Counted from the first letter of the whole stretch, positions 37,272-49,690 are shown. The stretch: DNA of 63,938 bases, filler included, from Choristocarpus tenellus KU-1152 (GCA_964200185.2; 12 parts of 12 records of this genome joined end to end with filler, not necessarily neighbours in it); one strand, 5' to 3'. The notes: generated by a model not told the origin, from the sequence alone. Made by a program: numbers and translations.

Positions 37272-40036
37272 TGCTGCCCTGAGCTGACTTGTGGCCCTGC
37301 TGGGAAATGTGAAGGTGAGATATGTACTCTTCAGGTTAATTGAGAATCAATAGTGAAACCGACGAAGAAATCAAGAGGGAGAAGTATATCGAGGTGTCGT
37401 ACACCTGTATTATTGTGAATTTGTCTGATCAAGTGTGTAAATGATTTTATCTTCAAGTAGAGTGCGATGCAGTCTCCCAGTTTTTTTGAGACCCTACCCA
37501 AGCTGTATAACAGGTAACCTTTCTATAGACCATTTTCACTCATGTAAGACACGATTTTGTTGGCATGTCAGGTGACATCCAGAAATTCAAAATCGTTCTG
37601 GACTTCATCGGCGATGGTTTGACCCCAGAACTGAAGGCTGCCTGCGATTCTGCTGCCTCACGGTAGCTTTTTTTCCAATATTTCGGTCGTTACACATGGG
37701 TCAAAAGCATTTGAACTTGGTTCTGTGAATCCACTTTTGATGTGTCTAGAAAAACAATACACTATTTTGTTGCTGAAGGACCATGTGAAATTATTAATCC
37801 CCAAAATATTTTAAACTAGAGTTGTTTATGTGGTCATCCCTGCAATACACGTAGTGAGCATATAGGACATACATTGCACAATTATGTATACCATGAAATT
37901 ATTGCGTGTACAGCAGGAAACTGTTGTTTCCCCAACCTCCCTAACCCCTTTCTTCTCGTGTACTTCCTGTATACCCTAAAAGCACCACGCACCATATGAT
38001 ACATAATCGCAAAGGTTCCTTCATCCAAATGTACAAGTCTATGGCCACTATTTTCTCATATAGAGATATGATAGTATTAGTTGTAGAGAGAATGAGCAGC
38101 ACGAACTCAGGCTAAACTCTCTAGTCCTATACCAACATATGATTATATGGTGTGTAGGAATGCAGGTTTTGATCATTATGGTTGTGTTGTCTGTACGTTG
38201 CAGTATCTACCTCTTACCTCTTCAAATACCCTACGGAAACTGCGGTTAAGAACTAAGTAATTCTAGCCTCACTATCTAGTTAAACACCGTTGTGATTTGG
38301 AGTCATACACCGCATTGTAGTTGTCTGTTATATTGGCTAACAATTCGCATTTGGCAGATAGTCTTCAAAGAACAACAGACAAGGTAGGCAACACAACTAC
38401 AATATAGCTCAGTTTGTATTACTAACAACATAGTCTCTGAAATGCAAACAATATTCCTTACTAGCTTTCATGATCTTTTCAATGTCTCTACAAAACTAAT
38501 GATACCTTCGGAATGTAGTTATCGAAGACCGGATTAAGGAACAAAAATAAATAACTACTTTTTCGAATTATGAGTAAGAAGCGATATCTATATTTAATTC
38601 GTAGGTAACAGCTAGAAATTAACTAAACTTGACGAAAGATAAAATAAACATAGAACGTATATATGTAGACACATTCCAATTCAACATCCTAAAATACCCA
38701 CTCTACAATACAAAAACTTTCACTCAACAATTTTTGTTGCCTTGAACACACAGGTGGGAGAAGGTGATCAAATTTGCACCATGCTATCTCAACCTCGATA
38801 TTGATGGATCTCTGTATTTTACTGTCTACCTGGATTACATCGACACATTTGGTCAAACTCTTGCTTATGCAGGGCGGAACAATGCAGTAGTTTGTAATGG
38901 CATCGTTTTACCATAGGAATATGACTTTGGACTTGTATGATTTGCCATTCTTCGGTGATTTGGAATTGGAAAATACAATTCTCCACGAAATGGGTAACGT
39001 GATTGGCATCGGGTGAGTAACGGCAGTATCCCAACCCTGTGTACATTCTAGGATAAGGTCTCAGCACAGCCAACATTATAGCTCGTTAAAGGTACCGTTC
39101 GGCAACTGGAGCAACCAGCTCGACCTACCTTCTTTCTACCTTCGTATATTGTGATGGCCAACCGATGGTGCTTTTTGACATGACTAGTTGGGACTACGAT
39201 TTCTGGAATAAAGTTGTTGGAGAAGTGATCCTTGATGGTCCTGGTTGCACATCATGCAGATACCTAGGGGCCGACGATCCGTCTGCTGCCCTCCTCATCA
39301 AGGAAGAATGCCCTACTGCACGGAAACAGTACAAGAAAATCTATGAAGGAAACGAAAAATTCCCCCAAAACCCTGAAATGATTGAGGTGGATGGAGGTAT
39401 GTGATGCTCCTATGGGTCTTGTCTTGGAAATGTCTCAGCTCGTATTGAACTCGTGTAAAGCTGCTCCAGTTTTTATGTGAGTTCATCGGTAGACTCTGAC
39501 CTTTCTACAGGTGTGTTAAACCATGTTGTGATGCATGTCTATTGGGTATTTCCTTTCAATTGCTGTATTTAAATATATGTTTCCTTTTGTTGCAATTATA
39601 CACTTGATGATTTCTATCTTGATTATATGAACCCATCAAAACTAAATTTAATATCTTCTATTGCCTCTGTTCCTTTGCAATTGACTGAAAGGGGAAGGAA
39701 CAGCATGCGGTCACTGGGATGAGGTGAGATTTCTATCAGCACTCGTTGGAAGTGTCCAGTTTCTATTTAGCCTATTCTCATGGAAAGAAGTTGGAGAATG
39801 TGCTAGATGCTTCATTGGAATATTGCTCTAATTTTCCTACCTTCTGCGTTAATGAGAAAAAAAAACACTTAGGGTGTCAAAGTATCAAGAATAAGCATTT
39901 GCCTAAATCAACGTACGTAATTTTCGAATCTAAATGGCAGTCTATTTTTGGAAATGAACTTATAACAGGATATGCCTCTGATGGGGAACAGCCACTAAGC
40001 AAGATTACTGTTGGAGCTCTCGGTGACCTGGGCTAA
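37272..40036 (+). pseudogene. Leishmanolysin-like (peptidase M8) zinc metalloprotease pseudogene with N-terminal cystine-knot remnant
   Basis: Exons 37272-37314, 37572-37662, 38754-39012, 39188-39396, 39692-39723 and 39941-40036 splice with consistent phases. Motifs AASRWEKVI, IDTFGQTLAYAG, ILHEMGNVIGIG, GGEGTACGHWDE, ELITG, PLSKITVGALGDLG. Lesions are a TAG plus frameshift at 38914, HExxH changed to HEMGN, ELMTG to ELITG, and DLGY to DLG-stop. Confidence 0.85.
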
Positions 40037-40670
40037 ATTGTTAAAGTAGTCAAAGTGAGTTTTTGTTTGACAGTTTTTTGGGTGGATATTGCAAACACTA
40101 GAAAAGTCAATGTCCTCGAGCCAAACTTAACACGTCAGAAAAATTTGGGTGAATTGCGAAAGATTAAAAAACTTCCTTAAAATGTAAAAAGACCAAAACC
40201 TCGGTATCTTTCGTTTATTTTGTCTGAAAAGAACTCCAGTTTCTCCTGTCAAGTTTTCACGTTGCTGAAAATCTATCGTAGGTCGCTCTTGTTGCTGGAC
40301 AGACAACATTGTTGAGGTCAAAGACAAGGAAGTCTCCTCAGTTCTGGAGTACGGTCGGCCGTACGAGGTCACCGTCGACCGTTCCATGCGTGTTTTGGGG
40401 ACAACTTGCTCTCTCACTTCTTCTATGACCTGTAAAAATAAGGGATAGGGGGCACGGAACCTGGGACAAAAAATATTTCAACCCCTAGACTTCGGGTCGC
40501 TGAGCCTCTCATCTTGGAGCATCATGTATAGGTGTCAACATTGGCATTTTAGTTTCTCGAACTCTTCGTCAAAGTAAACTCAACTTCTATCCATCAGGGT
40601 TCTCTCTACATTTATGAATAGAAATCGTTGAAGAAAATTGAGAAGTATATGGTGGATTCCTAAAGAAATA

Positions 40671-40860
40671 CAGTAGGCACCCCGATTTAGTTCACCCATG
40701 GGCATGTCCGAAAAAAGCGGCACAGAATTGATGTGGTACAAAATCGTATTTGTTGTAATTAATCGTAGTTAGCTGGGAAATCAATCGTCGAAACGACTGA
40801 TTAATCGTGGGATTCCTGGGAAATCAATCGTCGAAGCGACTAATTAATCATGGCGAGCTG
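40671..40860 (+). mobile_element. Repeat family D (Tc1/mariner-like MITE end)
   Basis: TA|CAGTAGGCACCCCG start and ~41-bp tandem units TTAATCGTGGT.AGCTGGGAAATCAATCGTCGAAGCGAC. Confidence 0.7.
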
Positions 40861-40994
40861 TTAGACTGCATCGTACTCTACTTGAAGATAAAATCCTTTA
40901 CACAACTGATCAGACAAATTCACAATATTACAGGTGTACGACACCTCGATATACTTCTCCCTCTTGATTTCTTCGTCTGTTTCACTATTGATTC

Positions 40995-41834
40995 TCAATT
41001 AACCTGAAGAGTACATATCTCACCTTCACATTTCCCAGCAGGGCCACAAGTCAGCTTAGTGCAGCACTCGCCGTCCATAATGCAACTCTTTCCCTTCATC
41101 GTACACTTATTTAGGAACAAGCTACGATGACTCTCTGTGACCTCGGAACTGACCCTGCAGAGTTGTCATAGATGCATGAAATAATCTCATGTTGAGAGTC
41201 AAAGTATCTTAGAGGGCAGAGCCGTGTGCTTTGGGGGTCAAAATCCAATGTGACGATCTGGATGTAATTTTGGCTATCGTGTCTGTTGGGAAGTGTCAAT
41301 ATCCTTGTTCCGGACACACCTTTTCATAACATGCAAATTTTACCTACTCCGGAAAGTTCATGTCATTAAAAAAAACCGTTGGGAAGCCAAGCCCCAAGTA
41401 TACAACAGGGCTACACTCCAAGATAATTTCACTCTAAGAAAAGAATCGGGACCAGTAAGACTATGGGTACTGTCGTTAGACTCCAGTCAAGACGTACAGC
41501 CTTCACGTATCGATTTGTAGTAAGGAAGTCTTCATTACAGATTTTCCTATAATATCTATGCGTCTAGCTTGCTCGACGACAGAGGTCAAGAGGTAAGTAG
41601 TACTGCATCATCAATACAAAACATCTAGAAGTTCTGTATACTACAACAATAGTACAACCTTGACGTGAAGAGAGAGTAAGCGAGCCACAGCTCGATTTTG
41701 TAGCCAGTACCTACGCACCTCTGCTGCTGCTCTGTGACGGTAAGGTCTGCGGACTTCGCGCCAGTAGTGAAGAAAGCGTTTTTATTCAGCATCCCTGCAA
41801 GGAGAAGGAATAAAGTTTTGTGTGGAAGTTTCAT
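40995..41834 (-). CDS. Small secreted inhibitor-cystine-knot (knottin-like) peptide; 5' half of an M8 protease paralog
   Basis: Exon 41834-41719 (MKLPHKTLFLLLAGML..., signal-like) joins exon 41154-41024 in phase 2 via GT-AG, giving ...HRSLFLNK-CTMKGKSCIMDGECCTKLTCGPAGKC-E (C-X6-C-X5-CC-X4-C-X5-C). Read-through of the next donor stops at 40995 (91 aa). Confidence 0.7.
41196..41434 (-). mobile_element. MITE family B copy in knottin-gene intron
   Basis: GAGTCAAAGTATCTTAGAGGG ... AAGATAATTTCACTC. Flanks TGA/TAA. Confidence 0.88.
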
Positions 41835-42027
41835 GTTTCGCTGTGCACTCCGGTTGTAGATGGCTCACAACTTGCTGTGTAATTGGAAGGTGGTTGGAGA
41901 GGGAGTGTAGATGGGTAGTGAAGATATTGGATTGGTGCCACTTCTGTGGGTTTGGATAGAACTATCCCTTCCTACTTTTTTAATAACTACTCATCTGTTT
42001 TTGGTGTTTAATTCTTCGCAACATGTA

Positions 42028-42190
42028 CAGTAGGTACCCCGATTTTGTTCACCAATGGGCATACCCGAAAACAGCGGTACAGAATTGATGTGGTACAAAA
42101 TCGGTTTTGTAGTAATTAATCATGGTTAGCTGGGAAATCAATCGTTGAAGCGACTAATTAATCGTGGTGAGCTGGGAAATCAATCATATA
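42028..42190 (+). mobile_element. Repeat family D copy
   Basis: TA|CAGTAGGTACCCCG start, homologous to 40671-40860. Confidence 0.7.
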
Positions 42191-43959
42191 TGCTTCATGG
42201 ATAGGATGGAAACGATTACGAGCGTTTTTATTAATAATGTTTATGTGTAAATGCGCATCTCCCGCNNNNNNNNNNNNNNNNNNNNNNNNNNNNNNNNNNN
42301 NNNNNNNNNTTAATTAATTAANNNNNNNNNNNNNNNNNNNNNNNNNNNNNNNNNNNNNNNNNNNNTTGATCAACACCTTTCCCAAGGTATTTCCAGGCTT
42401 TGCTGACTAGACTGGGGTTGTGGGGGGGGGGGGAAACCCTTGGGCTGGTTGTGATAGAGTCTCCTGACAGCCGTGTACCAGCCCTTTCCGAATCTTTTAT
42501 GGCTTTGGACCGGCCCTCTTAAAACTCACGTCTTACCGGGTTAGGGTTAGGGTTCCACTGTCCAGTTCTGTAAAAAAAAAAGAATTTTCTTCTCTGATAG
42601 CACGCGTTGATAAATGTATTGATAAATGTATTGGTACCCGGCTGACCCAGTCAAAACATTTTTTTTTTACCCAGATACCTGTGGGCATGGGATATATATA
42701 TATATATATATTTGGACTTTCCCCTTCTTCTCTGCCACACACACATTCCAATAACAGCGAGATGTACCGGATGATGACTGGTTCAGCCCTGTACCATCTA
42801 CTAAGTGGGCGCTGCGGGGTCAGGTCTTGAGGTCTGGTTCTGTTGAAATATCTAACCGCCCCGGGCTGACCTTCTTGAAAGGTTTGCGTATATGCCAGTG
42901 CTGGCTCACAGCCTCGTTTGGTTACACTCTCTGAGAGCATTGGGCTAGCCCCCACAAGCGCGTATATTATTGGGTCTGGCCTGTGCCTGTGAACTGGTTT
43001 CTGATTGTCCTGAACCTGCCCTCTTGTCAAGTTCTTTTTGATGGGGACAGTCCGCCGCCTAGTCCTTTCACAGTTACCCAGCCTAGTGCAAACAACTATT
43101 TTTTTGTTTCCATTTTCTGATGAGAAGAAGAGGGGGGGGATGAATGTACATAGGTAGACCCAAAGCCTTTCGCTCTGCGAGGGTCAGGCACAAGGGAGGA
43201 TGGAACTCGAATTACAGTTAAGTGCACTGTCAGGAACAGTAACTTTAGGGCCTGAGTTCAGTGACTTTCCAAGGCAAATCTTGTTAATCGGTGCAGGTGT
43301 AGTTTGAAGGACGTCCAAACTCTAACCATTGTAGGTGATAGTCGATAACCAAGCAGCGAACAGAAAACCAATTCACAGAATCAAATTTGTAACACACAGC
43401 TTTAGTACATAATTCGAGTACAATGGGGCAGTGTGAAATGACATTGGAATTTTTTCTACTGGTTCTTGAGAAAAAAAAAATGGTTAAGCAAGTACTTCGT
43501 GCTTCCTTAATACACGGTTAAGTTTGTGAACACGCAGAAAGTTCTCTGTGAGGGAAGGATTTTGCTTATGCTGCTAGAGCTAGACACTTATTGATTGACT
43601 AGTATGTGGAAATAGGCGACATTCTACAAGGTCACGAAGCTGCTGCTCGAAGTTGAGCTATATACTACTTGCCTCATTTGCTGTGTCTAGGCAGTGTTTA
43701 CAGGTGAGACCCATGACAGTTGCAACCGATTGTGTATTTTGGATGCCATGGTGGCTAAAGGTTTGAGGATACTTGGGGTTGTTACTGGAAGGTAGTCTCA
43801 TAAGTCAGGGTGAACAATTCCATAACTGGAGACAGAAACCTCGGGACGTGTCAATGGGTTCACTCTCCGCCATGGACGCTCGGCCCATGGCAGAGAAAGC
43901 ACAGGGATTGGGCAGTGAACGAAAATACGGGGCTACAACAACTCAGTACCAGCACTTAC

Positions 43960-44495
43960 TGTAGTTCATGTACTCGGGAGAGACGAAAGGGTCATTCACA
44001 GCCACGACATTGATGTTCTTGTTGGTCTTGGCCGCCCTTAGAACTAACCTGTTACCAACGGGCGGGTTGGAAATTGGCAAATCTTTTATCAAGACTCTAG
44101 AGGAGAGGTAGTAATTTTCGTTTACTAAGGGTTGTGCTACTTCAAGCACGGCCAGGAATTAGGAATGCACACTCCTTCCTTCGAGTTGGCAGGCGCAAAG
44201 AAATATGTTACAACGTATTGGAGAAGTGCTTCGACATTGAACATGAACTGCCGACACACACGCTCCAAGCATAGCAATGGAAGTTCTACCCATTGCATGG
44301 TCATATCATCGGAGGTGGAGGGAGTACAGATGATCCAACTACGTATCTTCAGCAAGGCCTTTACTTGACAACCCAGGAGTGGATATCAACATATCACGCT
44401 TCCATTTCACCCAAAACAATCTCTACTCGGCTGCAAGCCACCAAGACCTACCGACCAATCCTTCCAAACCCATTGATAGCCACATTGATGGACAT
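43960..44495 (-). CDS. GAPDH: Glyceraldehyde-3-phosphate dehydrogenase, cytosolic type, first two exons (partial)
   Basis: Exon 44495-44452 MSINVAINGFGRIG and exon 44048-43960 RLVLRAAKTNKNINVVAVNDPFVSPEYMNY, with GT-AG boundaries. This is the canonical NAD-binding N-terminus. Confidence 0.9.
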
Positions 44496-44811
44496 GGCTT
44501 TCAGCTTCCCGAGGGAAAGTTTCTTAGTCACACCTCCTTTTCCAATGCACAAATACACTTGGTGAAGGCAACCAATATCAATTTTTGGTTCAGGTATGGT
44601 TTTGGAGGTGACTACTGGAATGAAGGCGTTATTATGTCTACACCAAACCAAAGAACCGAATATGCAAATTCCTACGGTATATATTTTATTAGCGTTTATT
44701 CCCAACATGTTGCAGTTCAATTGAAGGGCTCATATTTTTTCCGACCACAAACATTACCTAGACCTACATCGCAAAGAAGCGTGCGTGGGGGTTGAGGAGG
44801 GGGCCAAAAAC

Positions 44812-45870
44812 ATGGCTTGTTGGCGTTCAATGTCAATTTTGCTCGCCTTGGCGTCGCAACTCCGTCATTCGGTCTTCTCTTTCACATTTACAGGTCCATT
44901 GTCCCGACCCACAACACTGATGCACGATGGGCGTGGAAGGTTGGACGCTGCAGCGCCGTTGATGTTGCATACCTCTTTGCCAAAAATGGTTGTGTGTCGA
45001 TCTCTGTTGGTATCTGGTGAGTCGACATATTAGTGAGTGGGAAACCTGCGCGAAACAGCATGGTCTCAATTTTGTGTCCCTCACGTGTATCGTGCATGTG
45101 TTATCAGTGTCGGATGGAGGAGCATGCATGTTAGCAACGACTCGACCAATGCCTATGACGTCGTAGCGCAGCCTAGCTTGAGTTAGAATATGATAACTTG
45201 ATGGCTTCGAATCGATATACTCATTGTTCCATGGGGGAGCAATCAGGTTTTAACCTCTTAATCAGCATTGTTGTGTTCTGTGTGCCGTTTTCTTCTTCTC
45301 CCACCGCGCATTCCCACATGCACCAATCTCACTGAAATATATGTAACGATTGATTAGGGTAGGCGTGTCTAGGACTCAGAATGTGAACCAATCAGTACAT
45401 GTCACCCTAAGTTAGGTTGTTCCGCCTCGGCCACGCCAGCCCTTCCCTTCACTTTTCAGCCACCGCAAGACAACCTTACCGGAATATCAAAATTCGTAGG
45501 ATGGACATCGCCTCGAATGCTCTAGAGCCTTTCCTGATTACGACGGCATTATGGGCTGAGCACACCAAGTATAGCTTACCCAGGATAGTGAAAACGTCAT
45601 GTCACACACATAATCAAGTCTCTGCTACCACCCTGTCTCTGTAATGTACTCTTTCATTGCACTCTCGTTAGTCCCACTCCCCTTTCTTTCACTGAGATTT
45701 TTTCTTGTGGTTATCAAATGCGCAAAGCTGTCCTATGTATTGAGCAAGAATTCTTCCCTCCCACTCCCCCTTATCGAACCTTCCTCCGCTCAGATTCAGT
45801 GTGCGTGAGAGATCGGACTTTCCCAAGTACTACGCGTTCTTTGAGAATGAGCATGAGCCTACAAGCAGAG
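44812..45870 (+). CDS. Plastid-targeted protein, presequence exons only (partial)
   Basis: Exon 44812-45016 MACWRSMSILLALASQLRHSVFS|FTF... (signal plus F motif, donor G|GTGAGT) and candidate exon 45794-45870 DSVCVRDRTFPSTTRSLRMSMSLQAE (transit-like). Confidence 0.55.
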
Positions 45871-46901
45871 GTCTGGAGTTGTCAGTTTCTCATACCTAAT
45901 CCCCTCCTCCACCCCCCTACCCCACAGCCTTTTGTACCAACCCTGAAACCGCAACAGTGCCATTACCTGTCATAGCAATACTGCCCAACTGCATGCAGTT
46001 TCCTAAAAGCTGTGGGGGATTGTCTTTTACAATCCCTATCGAATCAAAGATATATTCCTACAGACAATACTGCTTATGCAAAGATTTCATTAATCGGTGA
46101 GAACCATGATCTCTGACTGCCCACCATAAATGTAGCTGGACGATGGAGGGGGAACGATTGGGGGTGGAGGTGGTGAAGTGGGCGGTGGCGGCGGTGGGGC
46201 NNNNNNNNNNNNNNNNNNNNNNNNNNNNNNNNNNNNNNNNNNNNTTAATTAATTAANNNNNNNNNNNNNNNNNNNNNNNNNNNNNNNNNNNNNNNNNNNN
46301 CCCCCCCTCCCTCAAATACTTTGAGTCAAATGATTCTCCTCACTGTTTACCTTCCCCCTCAGTATTATCATATAAATCCTAAATATATATATATATATAT
46401 GTATACATTCACAGATGTGTAAGACAGGAATCGTAAGTCTGGAACAATAAAGAAAGTTGGTCGATCAATCAAAGAATTTTCTACTGGTCAATACTACTTT
46501 GTAGAGTAGAATGGTAATGAAAAATATTTGATGGCCTATGGGATAACTATCACAACATGGGAGCTGATATAGTGGAAGCATGTTTGGATGGGTGGATCGA
46601 TGGAAGAACAAATAGATAGATACAGATGAGTTGATTTGGACTAAGGACGGGGAGCGGTGCTGCAATATTGCACCTTATTGGCAAGGCAGGGTCTACCTAC
46701 CTGACCAAACCGATCCTTCCCTTGCCACATGCTTGTACTCACCAAAAAAGTACAAGCAACCTGTAGTAGGAACACAACTGTGTTCACAATGTTAGGGATA
46801 GGGCTATTCGCCTCTAAAGTTTGGTGAGGGAGACATTATCCAACTCCAGAAGGAGCACAATGGGATCTCCTCTACCACACCATTTCCACCTTGACCCTCA
46901 C

Positions 46902-48749
46902 CTTGATAACCGCTGCCTCCCTGCCAGCTGCCTCACAAGCTTCCTTAGCAGCCTTCCTTGACTCCTGGGCTGCTTCTTCTGCTGCCAATGCTCGCGCTTT
47001 AAGATGCTCCACCTCAATTGCTCCAGTGGCCCCAGGCTCGGCTCGCACCACAACCCGTGGTGCCCTGGTACGAAGAGTCTGTGCCTCGGAGTTGAGCTCG
47101 AAAATGTGATGGCGGGCCTGGCGTACCTCTGAGGCCGAGAGAATAACCTATATTGTTTTTTTGCGTGTTTCAATTGAGGCATAGTTGATGGGTGTGTTAA
47201 GTATTGACGCTGAGAGATGTACACGATGTCCAAGGTAATATTTTTGGCTACTTGCACTGAAATATTAATCTTCCACCACTAAGAGGTTTAAATATTCTGA
47301 ATTAGAGTAGCAACTGCCAATCCCCACCACTGCCTATGCAAGGCCTATGCAGGGTCATCATTAGGCGGGAAAATTGAGCATAGTGTTTGCTGTAATAGTG
47401 GAAGCAGGAGAATAAGGGGCCATGGAGAACTGAAGGGAAGGATTATCTGTTTCCTGGATTATTTAACATGTGCAGCCCAATAGAGGGGAAACAGCTAGGC
47501 AAAAAAGAGTAGGGGAGGGGGGTAGGGGAGGAGAGAGAGGAAAGCAAATGAAGGATTTGTAGTAGTCTCTATGAGTACCTGATCAGAATTTGGATCACTA
47601 GATACCTGATCTTGCAGGACTTTGACGTGATGGAGGGCATCAGCCTTTTCCTTCTCCAAACACAACACTCTCTGGTGTAGCTTTGCCTAACATTGAGCAG
47701 TGATCGTACAGTGACTAGGTAAGAGAGTATATAGTTGATAAAAAAAGTGGGTGGCAAGATGAAAAGTCATACAATGACGATGTTGTTTTAACTGAGCATC
47801 ATAGATTACAAGGATATCCATGCAAGAATGAGGCCTTCCATAATCTCAATGAACACAGATGTAATAGGAGGGAAGGAGAGATAGATGCTAAAAACCTTGA
47901 TAATTGTTGGGTGGGAAGGAAGCGTGGAAACTAGGCCATGCTATTTCTCATCACGTATCTTGCCTCTACATCAGTCCTCTGCTGCCATCACCATCAACTT
48001 TTAACTGCTACTTACTGCACGCAAAGAGCGAATCTCAAGAAAACATGGTGGAGAAGTATGACACAGTAATATATCCAAAAGATGCCGAACATGTGTGTGA
48101 AAGTGTGTTGGTGTGGGATGTCGGAGCGTCAAGATATACAACAGTTCGAGCTTGCCTGTTGCTTCTTGGAATGGCGACGGTTTTGGGAGAGGCGATCGAC
48201 AAGCTGCTGTTCCAGCGCCTCGATCTCCTTCCGATGCTCTTTATGTATGTTCTTCACTTCCTCCATAGAATCCTTCACCTACGTATTCAGGAGCAGGGTG
48301 TTGTGAGTGGCACATCCGATGTTCTTCCGTATGCTTCAAATACTCCTCTAGACACTGTGTCCGCAAGGACGAGGACGACCAGAAGAGGGCAAGAGCGTTA
48401 TCTATGTCAGTAACCAAAACCGCAATTCTAGAGGTAGTGCCTCGCTCTCCCCTTAGCAATTGCGTAGTTCTTTGGCATGAGCAATTGTTCATCTTGGTAG
48501 TGTGGAACACGCGACTGGTCATGATATCCAAAGGGAACCATGTATACCTCAATCGACGAACTTACCTGCTCCGTCAGCCCCTAACGCTAGTGTGTATACT
48601 CTACACCGACGTCATCTTAGGAGCACTGCCGGTTGGACCTTCGCAGATAAGAGAAAAAACAATCCCTATTCTGAGGCTTGAGGGTCTTCCACTAACCTGA
48701 GTAACCATTTCGTGCTCCATTGCAAGAAGTTGGGCGCGTCGGTCCCGTG
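46902..48749 (-). CDS. Coiled-coil protein, internal exons (partial)
   Basis: Exons 48749-48697, 48580-48566 (15 nt), 48278-48156, 47686-47606 and ~47126-46902 give RDRRAQLLAMEHEMVTQ-GLTEQ-VKDSMEEVKNIHKEHRKEIEALEQQL...-AKLHQRVLCLEKEKADALHHVKVLQDQ...ALAAEEAAQESRKAAKEA. Confidence 0.65.
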
Positions 48750-49112
48750 CTACAAGACCATAGCGAGGAGTGTAGTTTTGGGCAGGGCCATCCAGGCAAC
48801 CTTGAACCACTCGCAGTGGACTAGGAGGCGAGGTGTATACCATATCTGGCCCGTTGGCTACGTGCCAGCGAGATGGATATGTAGTGTATCTTTCAGGTCT
48901 GGTCGGAGGTCTTGCCATTCAAACCACAAAATTGGAGTGAGAAACACAATGCATAACCATGGATGACAGGAGGATGATCTCCTGCCCTATGCCTTCAGTT
49001 TTAGTTGAAGGAGCTCGATCAAACCCAAGTAAGTAGGGGGAGTGAGGTGTGAGGAAGATGCAAAAATGATACGTGTTGGATGAAATTCGTGTGAAAAAAA
49101 AAATCACTTACA

Positions 49113-49690
49113 GAAAACCAACCTTCAGTATCTTCTCAATTTATGGTATATAAATGGTATAAGTGTGAACTATTCCGTTCAACCTTTGATTACCAACATC
49201 CGAAATCGTATCCTTCATTCCGTATCTCTTGAGTTCAAGTTGGAACTATCCATTCCCTCTCTACTCATTCCTCTGTTGGGTAGGTTTATTCTCAGCAGTG
49301 TAGCCCCCTTGGCGGTGACCCTGTGTCTGCATGCCTTCATCCCTTCTTGACAATTTTTTTTGTTGGGTGGGATTGTTCTCACCAGGATAGCCCCCTTGAC
49401 GGTGACCCAGTCTGTATGCCTTCATTCCCTTCTTGACCTACAGTGGAATGAGCAGAGAGGACTTAAGGGGATGAAGGCATGCAGACAGGGTCGCCGCTAA
49501 GGGGGTTGGACTGGTGAGAACAATCCCAAGCAATGGGGGGAATGAGCAATGTGGGATGGACAATTCCAACTTGACTAAAAAGATACGCAAGGGAAGAAAT
49601 CGTCATTGGAGAGCCCTTTTGGAAGAATAAACGGGATTGAAGAATAGGGTATAGAACAACTAATGGAAATTCGCTGAAGGGTTTTCAGGC
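49113..49690. repeat. Diverged long inverted repeat (foldback) with internal direct duplication
   Basis: 49225-49350 is the reverse complement of ~49465-49590 (e.g. caagttggaa/ttccaacttg and tgcatgccttcatccc/gggatgaaggcatgca). 49375-49437 duplicates 49289-49351. Confidence 0.75.

Noticed and set aside
44496-44720. TPI-GAPDH fusion or targeting extension upstream of GAPDH
   Set aside because: The in-frame upstream sequence has no TPI motifs and no convincing presequence.
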